A stretch of 62,949 nt of DNA, counting the filler, from Candidatus Rokuibacteriota bacterium (GTDB taxonomy: Bacteria; JAUVQV01; DATDCY01): assembly GCA_031406795.1 (NCBI GenBank). It is 4 parts of 4 records of this genome, joined end to end, with 100 filler letters (N's around TTAATTAATTAA, not from the genome) between each part and the next. Parts side by side here need not be neighbours in the genome. Positions count along the whole stretch, not along the records: positions 1 to 21,514 come from JANOHV010000235.1; positions 21,615 to 49,276 come from JANOHV010000266.1; 2 more parts are not named here. One strand, written 5' to 3'. The position numbers were made by a program, and so were the translations under genes. This document shows, piece after piece, positions 18,064 through 27,719 of the stretch; positions within the stretch are counted from its first letter, which is position 1, and each line of letters starts with the position of its first letter. Under the pieces are notes generated by a model, which did no database searches, was not told where the DNA came from, and saw only the letters and a program-made list of their open reading frames with translations.

Positions 18064-20004
18064 CTACGTTGCGGCGAGGACGATCGTCACGGCAGCACCC
18101 TGGCGGCCAAGAGTCTCCAGCAGGAACGTCCCCCCATGGCTTTCGATGATATCACGCGCCAGCGCGAGGTTCACGTGCACGTGCCGCAGATCGAGGTTCT
18201 CGTCGCTCTGCGCGGCCGGCTGCCCCCGGTTGACCTGCTCCACCAGACCTTCGAGCAGGATTTCCCCGCGGTTGGCGAGCCGGATGCGCACCCGCCCGGC
18301 CGCCGCGAACCGCTCGATCGAGACGAAGATGCCGGTCCCGGGGTAGGCATAGCGGATGTTGTTGTTGAGCACGTTGAACAGCACGCTTTGCAGGAGCTGG
18401 CGGTCGGCCGTCAGCATGTACGGCCGACCGTCGGCAGCGGGCCACCCGGCGCGCTCCACGGTGAGCCGCTTCTTCCGCAGTTCCTCGCTGAACTGGAGCA
18501 GCAGCCCCTCGATGATGGTTTCGATCTTGAAGGAACTGGTCACGAGCGCCACCTTGCGGGCGGTGCGCAGCGGGCGCAGCGGCAGCGTGAAGCAGAACTG
18601 GCTGCCCCCGCCGGGGGCCTCCTCGATCCAGATCCGCCCCCAGTGCAGATCGACGATCTCCTTGGCCACGGCGAGGCCGAGACCCATCCGGCTCGGCGAG
18701 GAATCGCGGGAGAGCCCCCGACCCCGGTAGAAGAGCTCGAAGATATGCGGCCGGTCGTCCGGGGCGACCCCCGGGCCCTCGTCGGCGATGAGGATGCGCA
18801 CCGCCTCGGCGTTCGAGATCAGGTGCGGAAAGCGCGCCTCGAGCGTGGCGTCCACGACGACCTCGGCCACGACCCGCACCCGCCGGCCGGCCGGCGTGTA
18901 CCGGACGGCGTTGGCGAGGATGTTCAGCAGCACGAGCTTCACCTTGTCGCCGTCGGCGATCATCTCGGGCAACTCGCCCAGGCGGTCGAAGTCGATCGCG
19001 ACGCCTTTCTTCTTCGCCTCGGGCAGGACCGTGGCGAGCGCGTCCTCGACGAGCCGCGCGGGGTCCACGGGCCCGAGCCGCAGCGACCAGCGTCCGCTCT
19101 GCACCTTGTGGATGTTGAGGATGTTGTCGATGAGGTTCAGCAGGTCGATCCCCTTGCCCATGATCTCCCGGATGAACTCGCGCTGGCGCTCCTCGAGCCC
19201 CCCGACCTCGCCGAGCAGCATCAGGTCGCTGTAGCCGATGATGCCGGTGAGCGGCGTGCGCAGTTCGTGGCTGATGATGGCGAAGAAATCCCGCTGCAGC
19301 TCCTGGGAGCGCCTCAGCACATCGAGTTCGTGGCGGGCCGCGTCGAGATCGGACGCCGTCGCGGCCAGATCCCGATCCACCGCGCGCACGAGACGCCAGG
19401 CCTTGGACCGTCCCTCCGCGAACCAGCCGCAGACCAGCGCGACGCCGACGAGGCCGACCGCGTCGAGGAGGAATCGGCCGGGGGAGACCTCCCCCGCAGC
19501 CAAAAGCACCGAGAGATAGTAGGCGACGATCATGATCGGCCCGATGGCGAGGCTAAAGCGGAAGTTCGCCCGCAGCGCGACGACGATGATCAGCAGGTGG
19601 AAGAAGAACAGCAGCCCCTGGTGGAAGATGTTCGAGAAGTAGGTGAGCGCCACGAGCAGCAGGATGTCGCAGAGCAGGAGAAAGGAGAGGTAATGCGGCA
19701 GGTCACGGGCGACGCGCCCCCCCATCAGCAGGTGGAAGATGTAGACCGCGTAGAGCGCGCCGACGGCAACGAAGAACCAGAGAAGGGAGAGCTCGACCGG
19801 GTGGTTCGGCGGCTTGAGCCAGCCGATGAGCGCGAAAGCGACGAGGCCGACCGGGCGGAGGAACGCCACGATCCACTCGGCGGCGACCGCCTGGGCGGTG
19901 GCGTCCGCGGCCCGGGGCAGCACGCCGCCGGCCGCCGGGACCCCGGCCGGATCGGGCATCTCGCCGCCGCGGTCGCCGGTGAGTCCGGGGTCAGGCCGGA
20001 TCAT
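18064..20004 (-). CDS. membrane sensor histidine kinase with a second degenerate HATPase domain (start uncertain)
   Basis: TM helices, SHELRTPL, NAVRY, DEGPG and GLGL. A second N-box-like NVLNNNIRY...IIESHGG follows. Confidence 0.88.
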   Translation of the reverse strand: MIRPDPGLTGDRGGEMPDPAGVPAAGGVLPRAADATAQAVAAEWIVAFLRPVGLVAFALIGWLKPPNHPVELSLLWFFVAVGALYAVYIFHLLMGGRVARDLPHYLSFLLLCDILLLVALTYFSNIFHQGLLFFFHLLIIVVALRANFRFSLAIGPIMIVAYYLSVLLAAGEVSPGRFLLDAVGLVGVALVCGWFAEGRSKAWRLVRAVDRDLAATASDLDAARHELDVLRRSQELQRDFFAIISHELRTPLTGIIGYSDLMLLGEVGGLEERQREFIREIMGKGIDLLNLIDNILNIHKVQSGRWSLRLGPVDPARLVEDALATVLPEAKKKGVAIDFDRLGELPEMIADGDKVKLVLLNILANAVRYTPAGRRVRVVAEVVVDATLEARFPHLISNAEAVRILIADEGPGVAPDDRPHIFELFYRGRGLSRDSSPSRMGLGLAVAKEIVDLHWGRIWIEEAPGGGSQFCFTLPLRPLRTARKVALVTSSFKIETIIEGLLLQFSEELRKKRLTVERAGWPAADGRPYMLTADRQLLQSVLFNVLNNNIRYAYPGTGIFVSIERFAAAGRVRIRLANRGEILLEGLVEQVNRGQPAAQSDENLDLRHVHVNLALARDIIESHGGTFLLETLGRQGAAVTIVLAAT

Positions 20005-20260
20005 CGGCGGGCGCCGGGGGGCCCGGCACGGCGGCGAGAATCTCGGCCGCGCGGTCGGCGTCGCCGGCGCGCACCTGCAGCAGAATCGGGAACATGGTCG
20101 CAGTCGGCAGCAGCGAGCCGAGACCGCCGCCCTGCACGTAACTGGTCAGGCCGTCGGACTCGAGCAGGCTGCGGGCGAACTGCGCCTCGATCGGGTCGAT
20201 GAAGCGCCCGACCGTCACCAGGCCGTCCGGGTCGTCGGCCGGGGCCATCGCGCCGGTCAT
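19991..20260 (-). CDS. DUF2007-like putative signal-transducing protein
   Basis: EAQFARSLLESDGL...LQV..GDADRAAEIL pattern. Confidence 0.75.
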   Translation of the reverse strand: MTGAMAPADDPDGLVTVGRFIDPIEAQFARSLLESDGLTSYVQGGGLGSLLPTATMFPILLQVRAGDADRAAEILAAVPGPPAPADDPA

Positions 20261-20475
20261 GGTTTCTTCAGCGAGAGCAGCCCCTTGGCGAGCGCGACCA
20301 GCCAGGGGGCCGCGTGAAAGAGCAGGTCGAACCAGTCGACGGGCTTGCGCAGCTCGCCCCGCGCGAGCAGCGCGAGTTTCTCGAACAGGTGCGGCGGCGC
20401 AAACGGCGCCAGGCCGAGGGTGAGACAGCCGAAGATCACCGCCGGCCAGGGCAGCGCGAGGAGCCAGTTCTGCAT
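20257..20475 (-). CDS. small membrane protein
   Basis: 72 aa with LGLAPF.PPHLFEKL...DWFDLLFH. Translationally coupled to the next gene. Confidence 0.7.
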   Translation of the reverse strand: MQNWLLALPWPAVIFGCLTLGLAPFAPPHLFEKLALLARGELRKPVDWFDLLFHAAPWLVALAKGLLSLKKP

Positions 20476-20496
20476 CGGCGTCGTCCTCGCCCCGCC

Positions 20497-21514
20497 CTAC
20501 CCGCGGCGGCGGGCGGCGGACCGCCTCGCGCCACCGCCGAAGATCCGTTTGAAGATGGCGTCCGTCCATCGCAGCGCGTGCTTCGGGTCGAATGCCGCGT
20601 CGAGCTGCGCCGCGTCGAGCCTCTTGGCGACCTCGGGATCGGCCCCCAGCAGTTCGCGCAGCGGCCGCCCGGAGCGCATCCCCTCCATGGCGTTGCGCTG
20701 GACGATTTCGTAGGCCTGCTCGCGCCGCAGGCCGGTACGCGTGAGCGCGAGCATGACCGTCTCCGAGTGCATCCGTCCGCCCGTGAGCCCGAGGTTGCGC
20801 TTCATGACGTCCGGATGCACCACGAAGTCGGCGACCAGGTAGGTCATGCGGTCGAGCAGGTAGTCCATCAGGATCGAGGCGTCGGGCAGGACGATCCGCT
20901 CGACCGAGGAGTTCGAGATGTCGCGCTCGTGCCAGAGCGGGTTGTTCTCGAGCGTCGCGAGCGCGTAGCCGCGCATCACGCGCGCGAGCCCGCAGATCTG
21001 CTCGGAGATGATCGGGTTCTTCTTGTGCGGCATCGCCGAGGAACCCTTCTGCCCGGTGGTGAACGGCTCTTCGACCTCGCCGACCTCGGTCCGCTGCAGG
21101 TGGCGGATCTCGAGCGCGAATTTCTCGAGCGAGGTCGCCAGCTGCGCGAGCGCCAGCAGATAGTCGGCGTGGCGGTCGCGCTGGACCACCTGCGTCGAGA
21201 TCGGGTCGGCCACGAGTCCGAGCTTCCTGCAGACCTCGGTTTCGATGGCCGGGTCGAGGTGGGCGTAGGTGCCGACCGCCCCGGAGATCTTCCCGACCGC
21301 GATGCTGACGCGCGCCCGCACAAGGCGCTCGCGGTTGCGCCGCATCTCTTCGTACCAGGAGCAGAGCTTGAGGCCGAACGTGATCGGCTCGGCGTGCATG
21401 CCGTGCGTGCGCCCGGCCATCGGCGTGTGTTTGTAGCGCCGGGCCTGCTTTCTGATCGCGGCCAGAAGCGCGTCGACGCCCTCGAGGAGCAGGTCGGCCG
21501 ACTGCGCGAGCAGC
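20497..21514 (-). CDS. purB: adenylosuccinate lyase (5' end lost in gap)
   Basis: GRTHG, ISGAVG and GSSAMPHKKNP signature motifs. Confidence 0.95.
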
Positions 21515-21614
21515 NNNNNNNNNNNNNNNNNNNNNNNNNNNNNNNNNNNNNNNNNNNNTTAATTAATTAANNNNNNNNNNNNNNNNNNNNNNNNNNNNNN
21601 NNNNNNNNNNNNNN
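21515..21614. other. artificial contig linker
   Basis: N44-TTAATTAATTAA-N44, with stops in all six frames. Confidence 0.98.
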
Positions 21615-21742
21615 CCGCGCATCTGCCTGCGACGCACACCAGTGCGTCTCGGCATCTGCTTGTCGCCTTCCTTGCACCTGGGCCCTTTTGATCGGCCTCC
21701 CCGCGACCGTGACGGCCGCTGAAAAGGGCCCATCTGCGGCGT
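21615..21742 (+). repeat. family A repeat: 3' part of one copy followed by 5' part of another
   Basis: TGCGACGCAC-ACCA-GTGCGTCTC...CCTTGCACCTGGGCCCTTTTGA, then GGCCGCTGAAAAGGGCCCATCTGCGGCGT. Confidence 0.8.
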
Positions 21743-21837
21743 CTCGCTCCCGGCACAACCGTCTCATCGCCCAGCGAAGCGAGGGTAACGCTCCTGGCAC
21801 GCGCCAAGGCCTTCCGTGCACGTGCTGCCCGAGTCAG

Positions 21838-21957
21838 TCAGGAGCGTCATGATTCGTCCTGGCAAGGCAGCCGCGAAGCGCGCGCGGAGGCGCACTCGTG
21901 TGCGCCGCACAAGCGACGCGAGCGGCAACGCCGCCAGGGCGGATCAGGGCCTCCTGA
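21838..21957 (-). repeat. family A repeat, divergent copy
   Basis: Minus strand reads GCGGCGTTG...TGCGGCGCAC-ACGA-GTGCGCCTC...GCCTTGC inside a different but still paired outer stem. Confidence 0.75.
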
Positions 21958-21967
21958 ATGACCCGGG

Positions 21968-23500
21968 CTAACTGTCCAGGATCAGCGAGAAGAAGGTGCG
22001 GAAGGCCTCCAGGTGCCCGGCCTCGTCGCTCTCGCCGTACCCGGTGACCGCCCAGCGCACGGCCGGCGTCCACGTGAGGGAGGCCCCCTCGGCGGGCGTG
22101 CCGAGTCCGGGGCCGGCGACCAGAAACGGCAGGCGCAGCATCTCGTCGCTCGTTTTCGCGAAAGGCGGGAACGGCGGGAACGCGCCGGTCAGGACGATCC
22201 CGCCCACGGCACCGTTGGCGAGCGCTTCCCACAGGGGGCGGAAGGGCGGCGCGCCGGGAATCGCGAACAGCACCAGTTCGGTGCCCTCGAGCACCTGGAT
22301 GGTGCCGACGGGCCCGAACAGCGCGGCATCGCCCTGCTGGCCGAGCACCACCGAGGCGTCGATGCGGAACTCCTTGAGGCGCGAGATGCTCTCGAGAAAG
22401 CGCCGCAACAGGCCGCCGTTCTCGGAGATGAGCAGCACCTTGCCGCTCCAGACCCGCGGTCCCTCTTCGCGGCCCACCCCGAGCTGGTAACTGAGCTTGA
22501 GCGCCGCCTCGAGCGAGAGCAGCGGCTGCGCTGCGGGCGCGTGCCCCCGCTCCTCGTGCGCGGCGACCACTGCGATGATTTTGCGGTCGACCAGCGCCTG
22601 AATCGCGGCGCACAGCTCCAGATCGAGCAGGGTGCTCTGATTCAGGATGTCCGCCAGATTCGAGAAGTACTCCAGGAGCTTGAGGATCTCACGCGTCACG
22701 GGTTTGAGCCGCTCGGGCGGGCCCTCGAAGCGCCGGACCAGCAGCAGATGCGTCCCGGGGGGGGAGAGCGCGGCGCGCAACTTATTGACCTCGTCGAGCT
22801 GACGCAGCCCCTCGAGGATCAGGTTCTCCCCGGGCCGCTTGATCAGCTGGCTTACGGTAACCGGCTGCGGCCGGAACTCGAACTTGCCGCCCTCCCACTC
22901 GAGGGTGCGGAAGAAGGCTTTCTCCCCGCGGAAGCGCCCGACCTCGGCGTCGAGGATCTCCCCTTCACTGATGAAGAGGGTACCGCGTCGTCCATCCATC
23001 TCCAGTTCGAGCAGCCCGGAGCGCCGGTTCATCCGCAGGATCTGCAGCAGGTCCATCAGGCTGATTTCGGTGAGCGTGCCGAGCAGCCGCTGCTGGTCGT
23101 CGATGACCGGCCGCGCGGCCCGGCCTCGTGAGAGGATCGCGCCGACGCGCGTGAGGAACTCCTGCTCCCGGACGGGCTTGAGCAGGAATTCGTCGGTCGG
23201 CCGCAGGTACTTGCCCAGGTCGGCGGTGGTCGTCTCCTTGCTCGTCAGGAAGACGAACGGAATCTCGCGGGTGACCGGGTTGGTGCGCAGCAACTGGCAC
23301 AGCTTGAAGCCGTCGACCAGCGGCATCTCCGTGGCGGTGACGATCAGCTGCGGGGGCGCCGCGAGCGCCTTGTTCATCGCCAGCGCGCCGTCGGTCGCCA
23401 CCGCCACCTCGTGGCCGGCGCGGCGCAGAATCGCCTCGAGGCTGCGCAGCACCTCGAGGTCGCTCTCTGCGACGAGGACGAGAGCCGCCGTGTCCGCCAT
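21968..23500 (-). CDS. receiver + DUF4388 + degenerate MglA-like GTPase domain protein
   Basis: Atypical REC (VAESD, ATEMP). GTLTEISLMDLLQ...G.L (DUF4388). C-terminal LFAIPG..PFRPLWEALANGAVGGIVL. Confidence 0.75.
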   Translation of the reverse strand: MADTAALVLVAESDLEVLRSLEAILRRAGHEVAVATDGALAMNKALAAPPQLIVTATEMPLVDGFKLCQLLRTNPVTREIPFVFLTSKETTTADLGKYLRPTDEFLLKPVREQEFLTRVGAILSRGRAARPVIDDQQRLLGTLTEISLMDLLQILRMNRRSGLLELEMDGRRGTLFISEGEILDAEVGRFRGEKAFFRTLEWEGGKFEFRPQPVTVSQLIKRPGENLILEGLRQLDEVNKLRAALSPPGTHLLLVRRFEGPPERLKPVTREILKLLEYFSNLADILNQSTLLDLELCAAIQALVDRKIIAVVAAHEERGHAPAAQPLLSLEAALKLSYQLGVGREEGPRVWSGKVLLISENGGLLRRFLESISRLKEFRIDASVVLGQQGDAALFGPVGTIQVLEGTELVLFAIPGAPPFRPLWEALANGAVGGIVLTGAFPPFPPFAKTSDEMLRLPFLVAGPGLGTPAEGASLTWTPAVRWAVTGYGESDEAGHLEAFRTFFSLILDS

Positions 23501-25383
23501 CAGCCGAGCCTCTGCTGGAGCAGGTAGCGCTCCTGCAGCTTGCTGACCAGCTCCTGGGCCAGGAGCGGGTCGGCGCTGTGGAAGATGCGCCAGCGATCGG
23601 GCCCGTCCGGCCGGCAGAGACAGGTGTAGTAGCTGTACTCGGTCACGCACAGCAGGAAGCGGTTGGTCGCGATCTGTTCGTCGGCGAGGTAGACCGGGGT
23701 GATCTCGGGGTGGGTCCAGCCGCCGGCGCCGCGGGTGCCGAGGCAGAAGACCGAGGTCCGCGAACCGGCCAGGCGCGAGAAGCCGGTGTAGGAAAACCCG
23801 CCGGACTCCACGACCTGGGCGCCGATGTAGAGCAGCCCGCGCGTGCCCCCGAGGCGGCCGATCTCCTCGAGAAAGATGTTGCGCAGCTGGTCGACCTCGG
23901 CGGTGGTGAGCGTCAGGAAGTCGCCGAGCGGCGGCGGCGAGGACCCCTCGTCGAGGCCGAGGAGGAAGGCGAAAGTGTTCCAGAACGAACGCTCGCTCAG
24001 CCCGAGCGTGCGCACGACGCTGACGCGATCCAGCGTCAGTCGCTCGCGGGCGCGGCGCAGGATCGTCACGAGTTGCTCGCCGTCGCGCGGGTAACTTGCC
24101 GCGCCCATGGAAACCCGGGGCTTGAACTCGCGGCTCAGGTCGACGGAGCAGACCATGCCGCGCAGCGCCGCGCGCAGGCGCTTGATCAGCATCAGGGCCC
24201 CGTAGTAGTCGGTCTCCGGCACGATGACCCCGAAGACGCCCTCGTCGAGCATGGCCACGACGTCGGTTTCCCGCGCGATCTCGAGGATCTTGGCCGCGAA
24301 CTCCCGGAGCAGCTGGCGCGCCTGGGTCTCCTTCAGGGAACTTTTCGCGGCCGCGTAGGTGTCCAGCTGGATGACCATGGCCGACATGCTGCGGCCGTAG
24401 CGGTGAGCGATATTGACCTCCTTGGCCCCCGCCTGGTGGAAGTAAACGGGCGAGTAGGTGCCGGTGAGCGCGTCGTGGACGTCGCGCGAGGCCTCCAACT
24501 CGTAGCGTCGGGCATTCTCGAGGGCCAGAGCGCCGCTCTCGGCGAGGACGCGCGCGACATTGACCTGGTAGTCGCGGTGGGGGGCGTCGTCGCGGCGCGG
24601 TCCGACGACGACCATGCCGGTCACGACATCGCGTACGAGCAGCGGCAGCCGGAAGAGGTGGCCGCCCTCGACGTCTCCCTCGGGGTGCTGACCGGCTTCG
24701 CGATCTTCCAGCAGCGCGCGTCCGCGGAAAAACTGATCGCGCAGCGCCGTGGTCCGGAACGTGGTGCCGGGGCGCTCGAGGCGCACGTCGTGAATGCCCC
24801 GCCGGGCGGCGAAGGCAAAGCTGCCGTCGTCATCGTGGTAGAAATACAGCGTCGCCCAGACCGCGGCGGTTTCGGCGATCACCAGATCGAGGAAGTGATC
24901 GATGATCCGGTCGGTGTCGAGCATCGTCAGCAGCTCCAGCCCGCGCTTGTGGACCCGGAGCTGCTCGTAGAACAGGACATTCTCGCCGACCAGGCGCGAG
25001 TGTTCCTGGTTCATCGTCTGACGCTCGATGAGCGTGCGCAGCAGCAGCAGCAGCTCCTCGCCGTCGACCGGCTTGGTCAGGTAGTCCGCGGCGCCGCGTT
25101 TGAGGGCGTCCACGGCCTTGCGCAACGACTGCATGCTGGTGATCATCACGACGTCCTGGCGGGGATTCGCGGCCTTCACCGCTTCGAGGAAGGTCAGGCC
25201 CTCCTCGGCGCCGAGCACCATGTCGGAGATCACGACCTCGCACGGCTGCTCCCGGTAGCGGCGCAGACCATCCTCGATGCTCTCGGCGTGCACGACCCGA
25301 TAGCCCTCGCGGGTCAGGAGCTTTTCGTAGAAGGACGAGTAGAAGGCGTCCTTCTCGACGACGAGGATGGTGCCTCTTGACAC
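23500..25383 (-). CDS. receiver + GAF + degenerate GGDEF (+ DICT-like) protein
   Basis: REC (SDMVL, YLTKP), GAF-like region, HDALTG, and RETD-x5-DEGVF in place of RxxD-x5-GGDEF. Confidence 0.85.
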   Translation of the reverse strand: MSRGTILVVEKDAFYSSFYEKLLTREGYRVVHAESIEDGLRRYREQPCEVVISDMVLGAEEGLTFLEAVKAANPRQDVVMITSMQSLRKAVDALKRGAADYLTKPVDGEELLLLLRTLIERQTMNQEHSRLVGENVLFYEQLRVHKRGLELLTMLDTDRIIDHFLDLVIAETAAVWATLYFYHDDDGSFAFAARRGIHDVRLERPGTTFRTTALRDQFFRGRALLEDREAGQHPEGDVEGGHLFRLPLLVRDVVTGMVVVGPRRDDAPHRDYQVNVARVLAESGALALENARRYELEASRDVHDALTGTYSPVYFHQAGAKEVNIAHRYGRSMSAMVIQLDTYAAAKSSLKETQARQLLREFAAKILEIARETDVVAMLDEGVFGVIVPETDYYGALMLIKRLRAALRGMVCSVDLSREFKPRVSMGAASYPRDGEQLVTILRRARERLTLDRVSVVRTLGLSERSFWNTFAFLLGLDEGSSPPPLGDFLTLTTAEVDQLRNIFLEEIGRLGGTRGLLYIGAQVVESGGFSYTGFSRLAGSRTSVFCLGTRGAGGWTHPEITPVYLADEQIATNRFLLCVTEYSYYTCLCRPDGPDRWRIFHSADPLLAQELVSKLQERYLLQQRLG

Positions 25384-25487
25384 GACCTGTCCCGCTCCCC
25401 TCCGTGATGATGCCGTTTCACGATAGCACAGGTGCCCGGGTCGTGGTTGCGCAACGTGCCCCGGCGCACTACAATCCCCGGACGATC

Positions 25488-26084
25488 ATGACCAGGGACG
25501 CGAAACAGCAGGAGCCGGCCTACCTTCGTCCGCGCGGCGTCTATTGGCGCTCGGTGACGGCGCTGCTGGTGTTTCAGGCGGTGGGCTGGGGGGGCGCCGC
25601 CGGCCTCGCCTACTTGATCCTTTCGCCGGAGCTCGCGAAGGACTACTTCTCGGCCCACCGCACGGTCAAGGCGACCTGGCAGCTCGTTGTTCCCGGGCTT
25701 GCGGTCGCCGCCGGCGTCGGTTTCCTCGTGGTCGGCGTCGGCACCGCGCTGAGCGTCTGGAGTCACACACGGCGGCTCCTCGAGCCGCTGCGGCGGATCG
25801 GCGTGCTGCTCGGCGGGCTGGCCGCGGGCCGGATTCCCCGGCCCGACCCCGCCGACAAGACCCCGGGCCTCGAGCACGAGATCGCCGGCCTCCTCGCGCC
25901 CCTGCGTTCGCATGCCGAGGAGATCCAGCGCATCTCGCGGGATATCCAGAAGATTTCCCTCGAACTCAACTACCGCTCCGCGGGGACCGCGGAACTCACG
26001 CTCAAGGACATCCGGGCCCTGGCCGACAAGTTCGATGCGCTTTCCAAGGAACTCACCCGCGCCTCCGGCTGGTTTGAAGGCTGA
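25488..26084 (+). CDS. membrane protein with HAMP-like/coiled-coil C-terminus
   Basis: Two TM segments, YFSAH motif, and LLEPLRRI...LAAG. Overlaps the cytochrome start. Confidence 0.65.
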   Translation: MTRDAKQQEPAYLRPRGVYWRSVTALLVFQAVGWGGAAGLAYLILSPELAKDYFSAHRTVKATWQLVVPGLAVAAGVGFLVVGVGTALSVWSHTRRLLEPLRRIGVLLGGLAAGRIPRPDPADKTPGLEHEIAGLLAPLRSHAEEIQRISRDIQKISLELNYRSAGTAELTLKDIRALADKFDALSKELTRASGWFEG

Positions 26085-27639
26085 ACGGGCCGCCGGGGCC
26101 GCAGCCGTCCTGCTGACCCTGATCGCCTGCGGCGCAATCGTCGACCCGGCCGTTGGCCGGGAGAATCCGCACGCCTTCATGAGCAATCCGGCGAAGTGCG
26201 CGGATTGCCACACCACTGCGCCGGAGCGGGGCAAGGACGATTTTCTCTCGGTCACCTTCAAGGACTCGATCGTGAACCTCTGCGTGGCCTGCCACGCCGG
26301 CGAACACCTGCGCGAGGAGCACCCGGTCGAGATCCGGCCCGGCTCCGCCGTGCCTGAGGATCTGCATCTGGACAGCGCGTACACCATCACCTGCGTCACC
26401 TGCCACAATGCGCACGGTCCCCACGAGGCCGACCGGCCATACACGCCGCAGACGTTCTGGGAGCGCGCGCGGGCATTCGCCGGCCGCCAGCAGACGTTTC
26501 GCACGCGCTTCCTGCGCCGGCCGAACCCCGACGGCGAACTCTGCGCCGCCTGCCATCCCGAGGGCATCGTCACCGCCGAGGGGGAAGCGCGGCCATCGGG
26601 TGAGCAGGGATTCCCGGATTACGTCGGTTCCGAACGCTGCAAGGAGTGCCACGAGGAAGTCTGGCGGCAGTGGCGGCTCACGCTGCACGCCCGGAACTAC
26701 CGCGACGCGAAGCGCGACCCCGCGGCGATCCTCGGGGTGTTCGCGGGCGACGAGCCGTTCCCGAAGGGCGAGGTGCTGCGCACGGTCGGGGAGCACTGGA
26801 CCCAGCGCTATCTTGTGCAGGGCAAGAAGGAGCTGATGGTGGTGCCGGACACCTGGTCGATCCAGGCCGGGGCGTGGATGAAGGAGGGATCGTTCAACCG
26901 CCCCTGGCTCAAGTACTGCGCCGGCTGCCACGTGACCGCCCTCAACCCCTTCGACGGGAGTTCCTTCGAGCTGGGCACCGGGTGCGAGGGCTGCCACGGG
27001 CCGGGGCGGCGTCACGCCGAGAGCTCCGACCAGACGGAGATCATCAACCCCGAAATCCTGATCGAGAGCCGCCGCGACATGATCTGCGAATCCTGCCACA
27101 CCGCCGGCCACGACCGCAGCGGCAACTTCCGCTACCCGGTCGGCTACCGGCCGGGCGACGATCTCCAGCGCACCTACCGCGGCCTGGTCCCCAAGCCGGG
27201 GCAGGATGTCTCGAACTACAAGGGCGACAATTCCTACGAGGACCGCCACCGCCAGTTTCTCTTCTGGGCGTCGCGGATGAACATTCTCGTCGGCGTCACC
27301 TGCGACGTCTGTTCCGCCGACCGTCGCGCCGGCGCGGACATGGAGGGGAAGAACCCGGAGTACCGGCTGACCCCCGACGAAATGTGCGGGACCTGCCATC
27401 GGGAAATCAAGAAGAACCAACAGGCGCACGCCGACCACCGGCCGGCGGTCGCCGGCTGTGTCGACTGCCACGTGCCGCTGCTCAACGAAAGCCGCACCGC
27501 CTACAGCATTCACGACCACAAGTTTCAGTTCGGCCCACCGAGACCGGAGCACGTCGCGGGGGGCGACCCCTGCGAGGGTTGCCACGAGCGCACGCGCGCA
27601 CCGCGGAAGCGGCTTGTCCGCGGGCCCGACCGGCGCTGA
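26074..27639 (+). CDS. exported multiheme c-type cytochrome (11 CxxCH; start approximate)
   Basis: CADCH, CVACH, CVTCH, CAACH, CKECH, CAGCH, CEGCH, CESCH, CGTCH, CVDCH and CEGCH, plus CDVCS. Signal-like N-terminus. Confidence 0.9.
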   Translation: MKAERAAGAAAVLLTLIACGAIVDPAVGRENPHAFMSNPAKCADCHTTAPERGKDDFLSVTFKDSIVNLCVACHAGEHLREEHPVEIRPGSAVPEDLHLDSAYTITCVTCHNAHGPHEADRPYTPQTFWERARAFAGRQQTFRTRFLRRPNPDGELCAACHPEGIVTAEGEARPSGEQGFPDYVGSERCKECHEEVWRQWRLTLHARNYRDAKRDPAAILGVFAGDEPFPKGEVLRTVGEHWTQRYLVQGKKELMVVPDTWSIQAGAWMKEGSFNRPWLKYCAGCHVTALNPFDGSSFELGTGCEGCHGPGRRHAESSDQTEIINPEILIESRRDMICESCHTAGHDRSGNFRYPVGYRPGDDLQRTYRGLVPKPGQDVSNYKGDNSYEDRHRQFLFWASRMNILVGVTCDVCSADRRAGADMEGKNPEYRLTPDEMCGTCHREIKKNQQAHADHRPAVAGCVDCHVPLLNESRTAYSIHDHKFQFGPPRPEHVAGGDPCEGCHERTRAPRKRLVRGPDRR

Positions 27640-27719
27640 ATGGCGCGGCTGCGTCGCGGGCGGTTGAATGCTGCCCGCCGCCCGGTGTATAAGGAGCGCA
27701 AGACCATGGGGAGTGCGGG

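Noticed and set aside
21515-21614. TTAATTAATTAA palindrome repeated three times
   Set aside because: It is a synthetic contig linker flanked by Ns. Adjacency across linkers carries no biological meaning.
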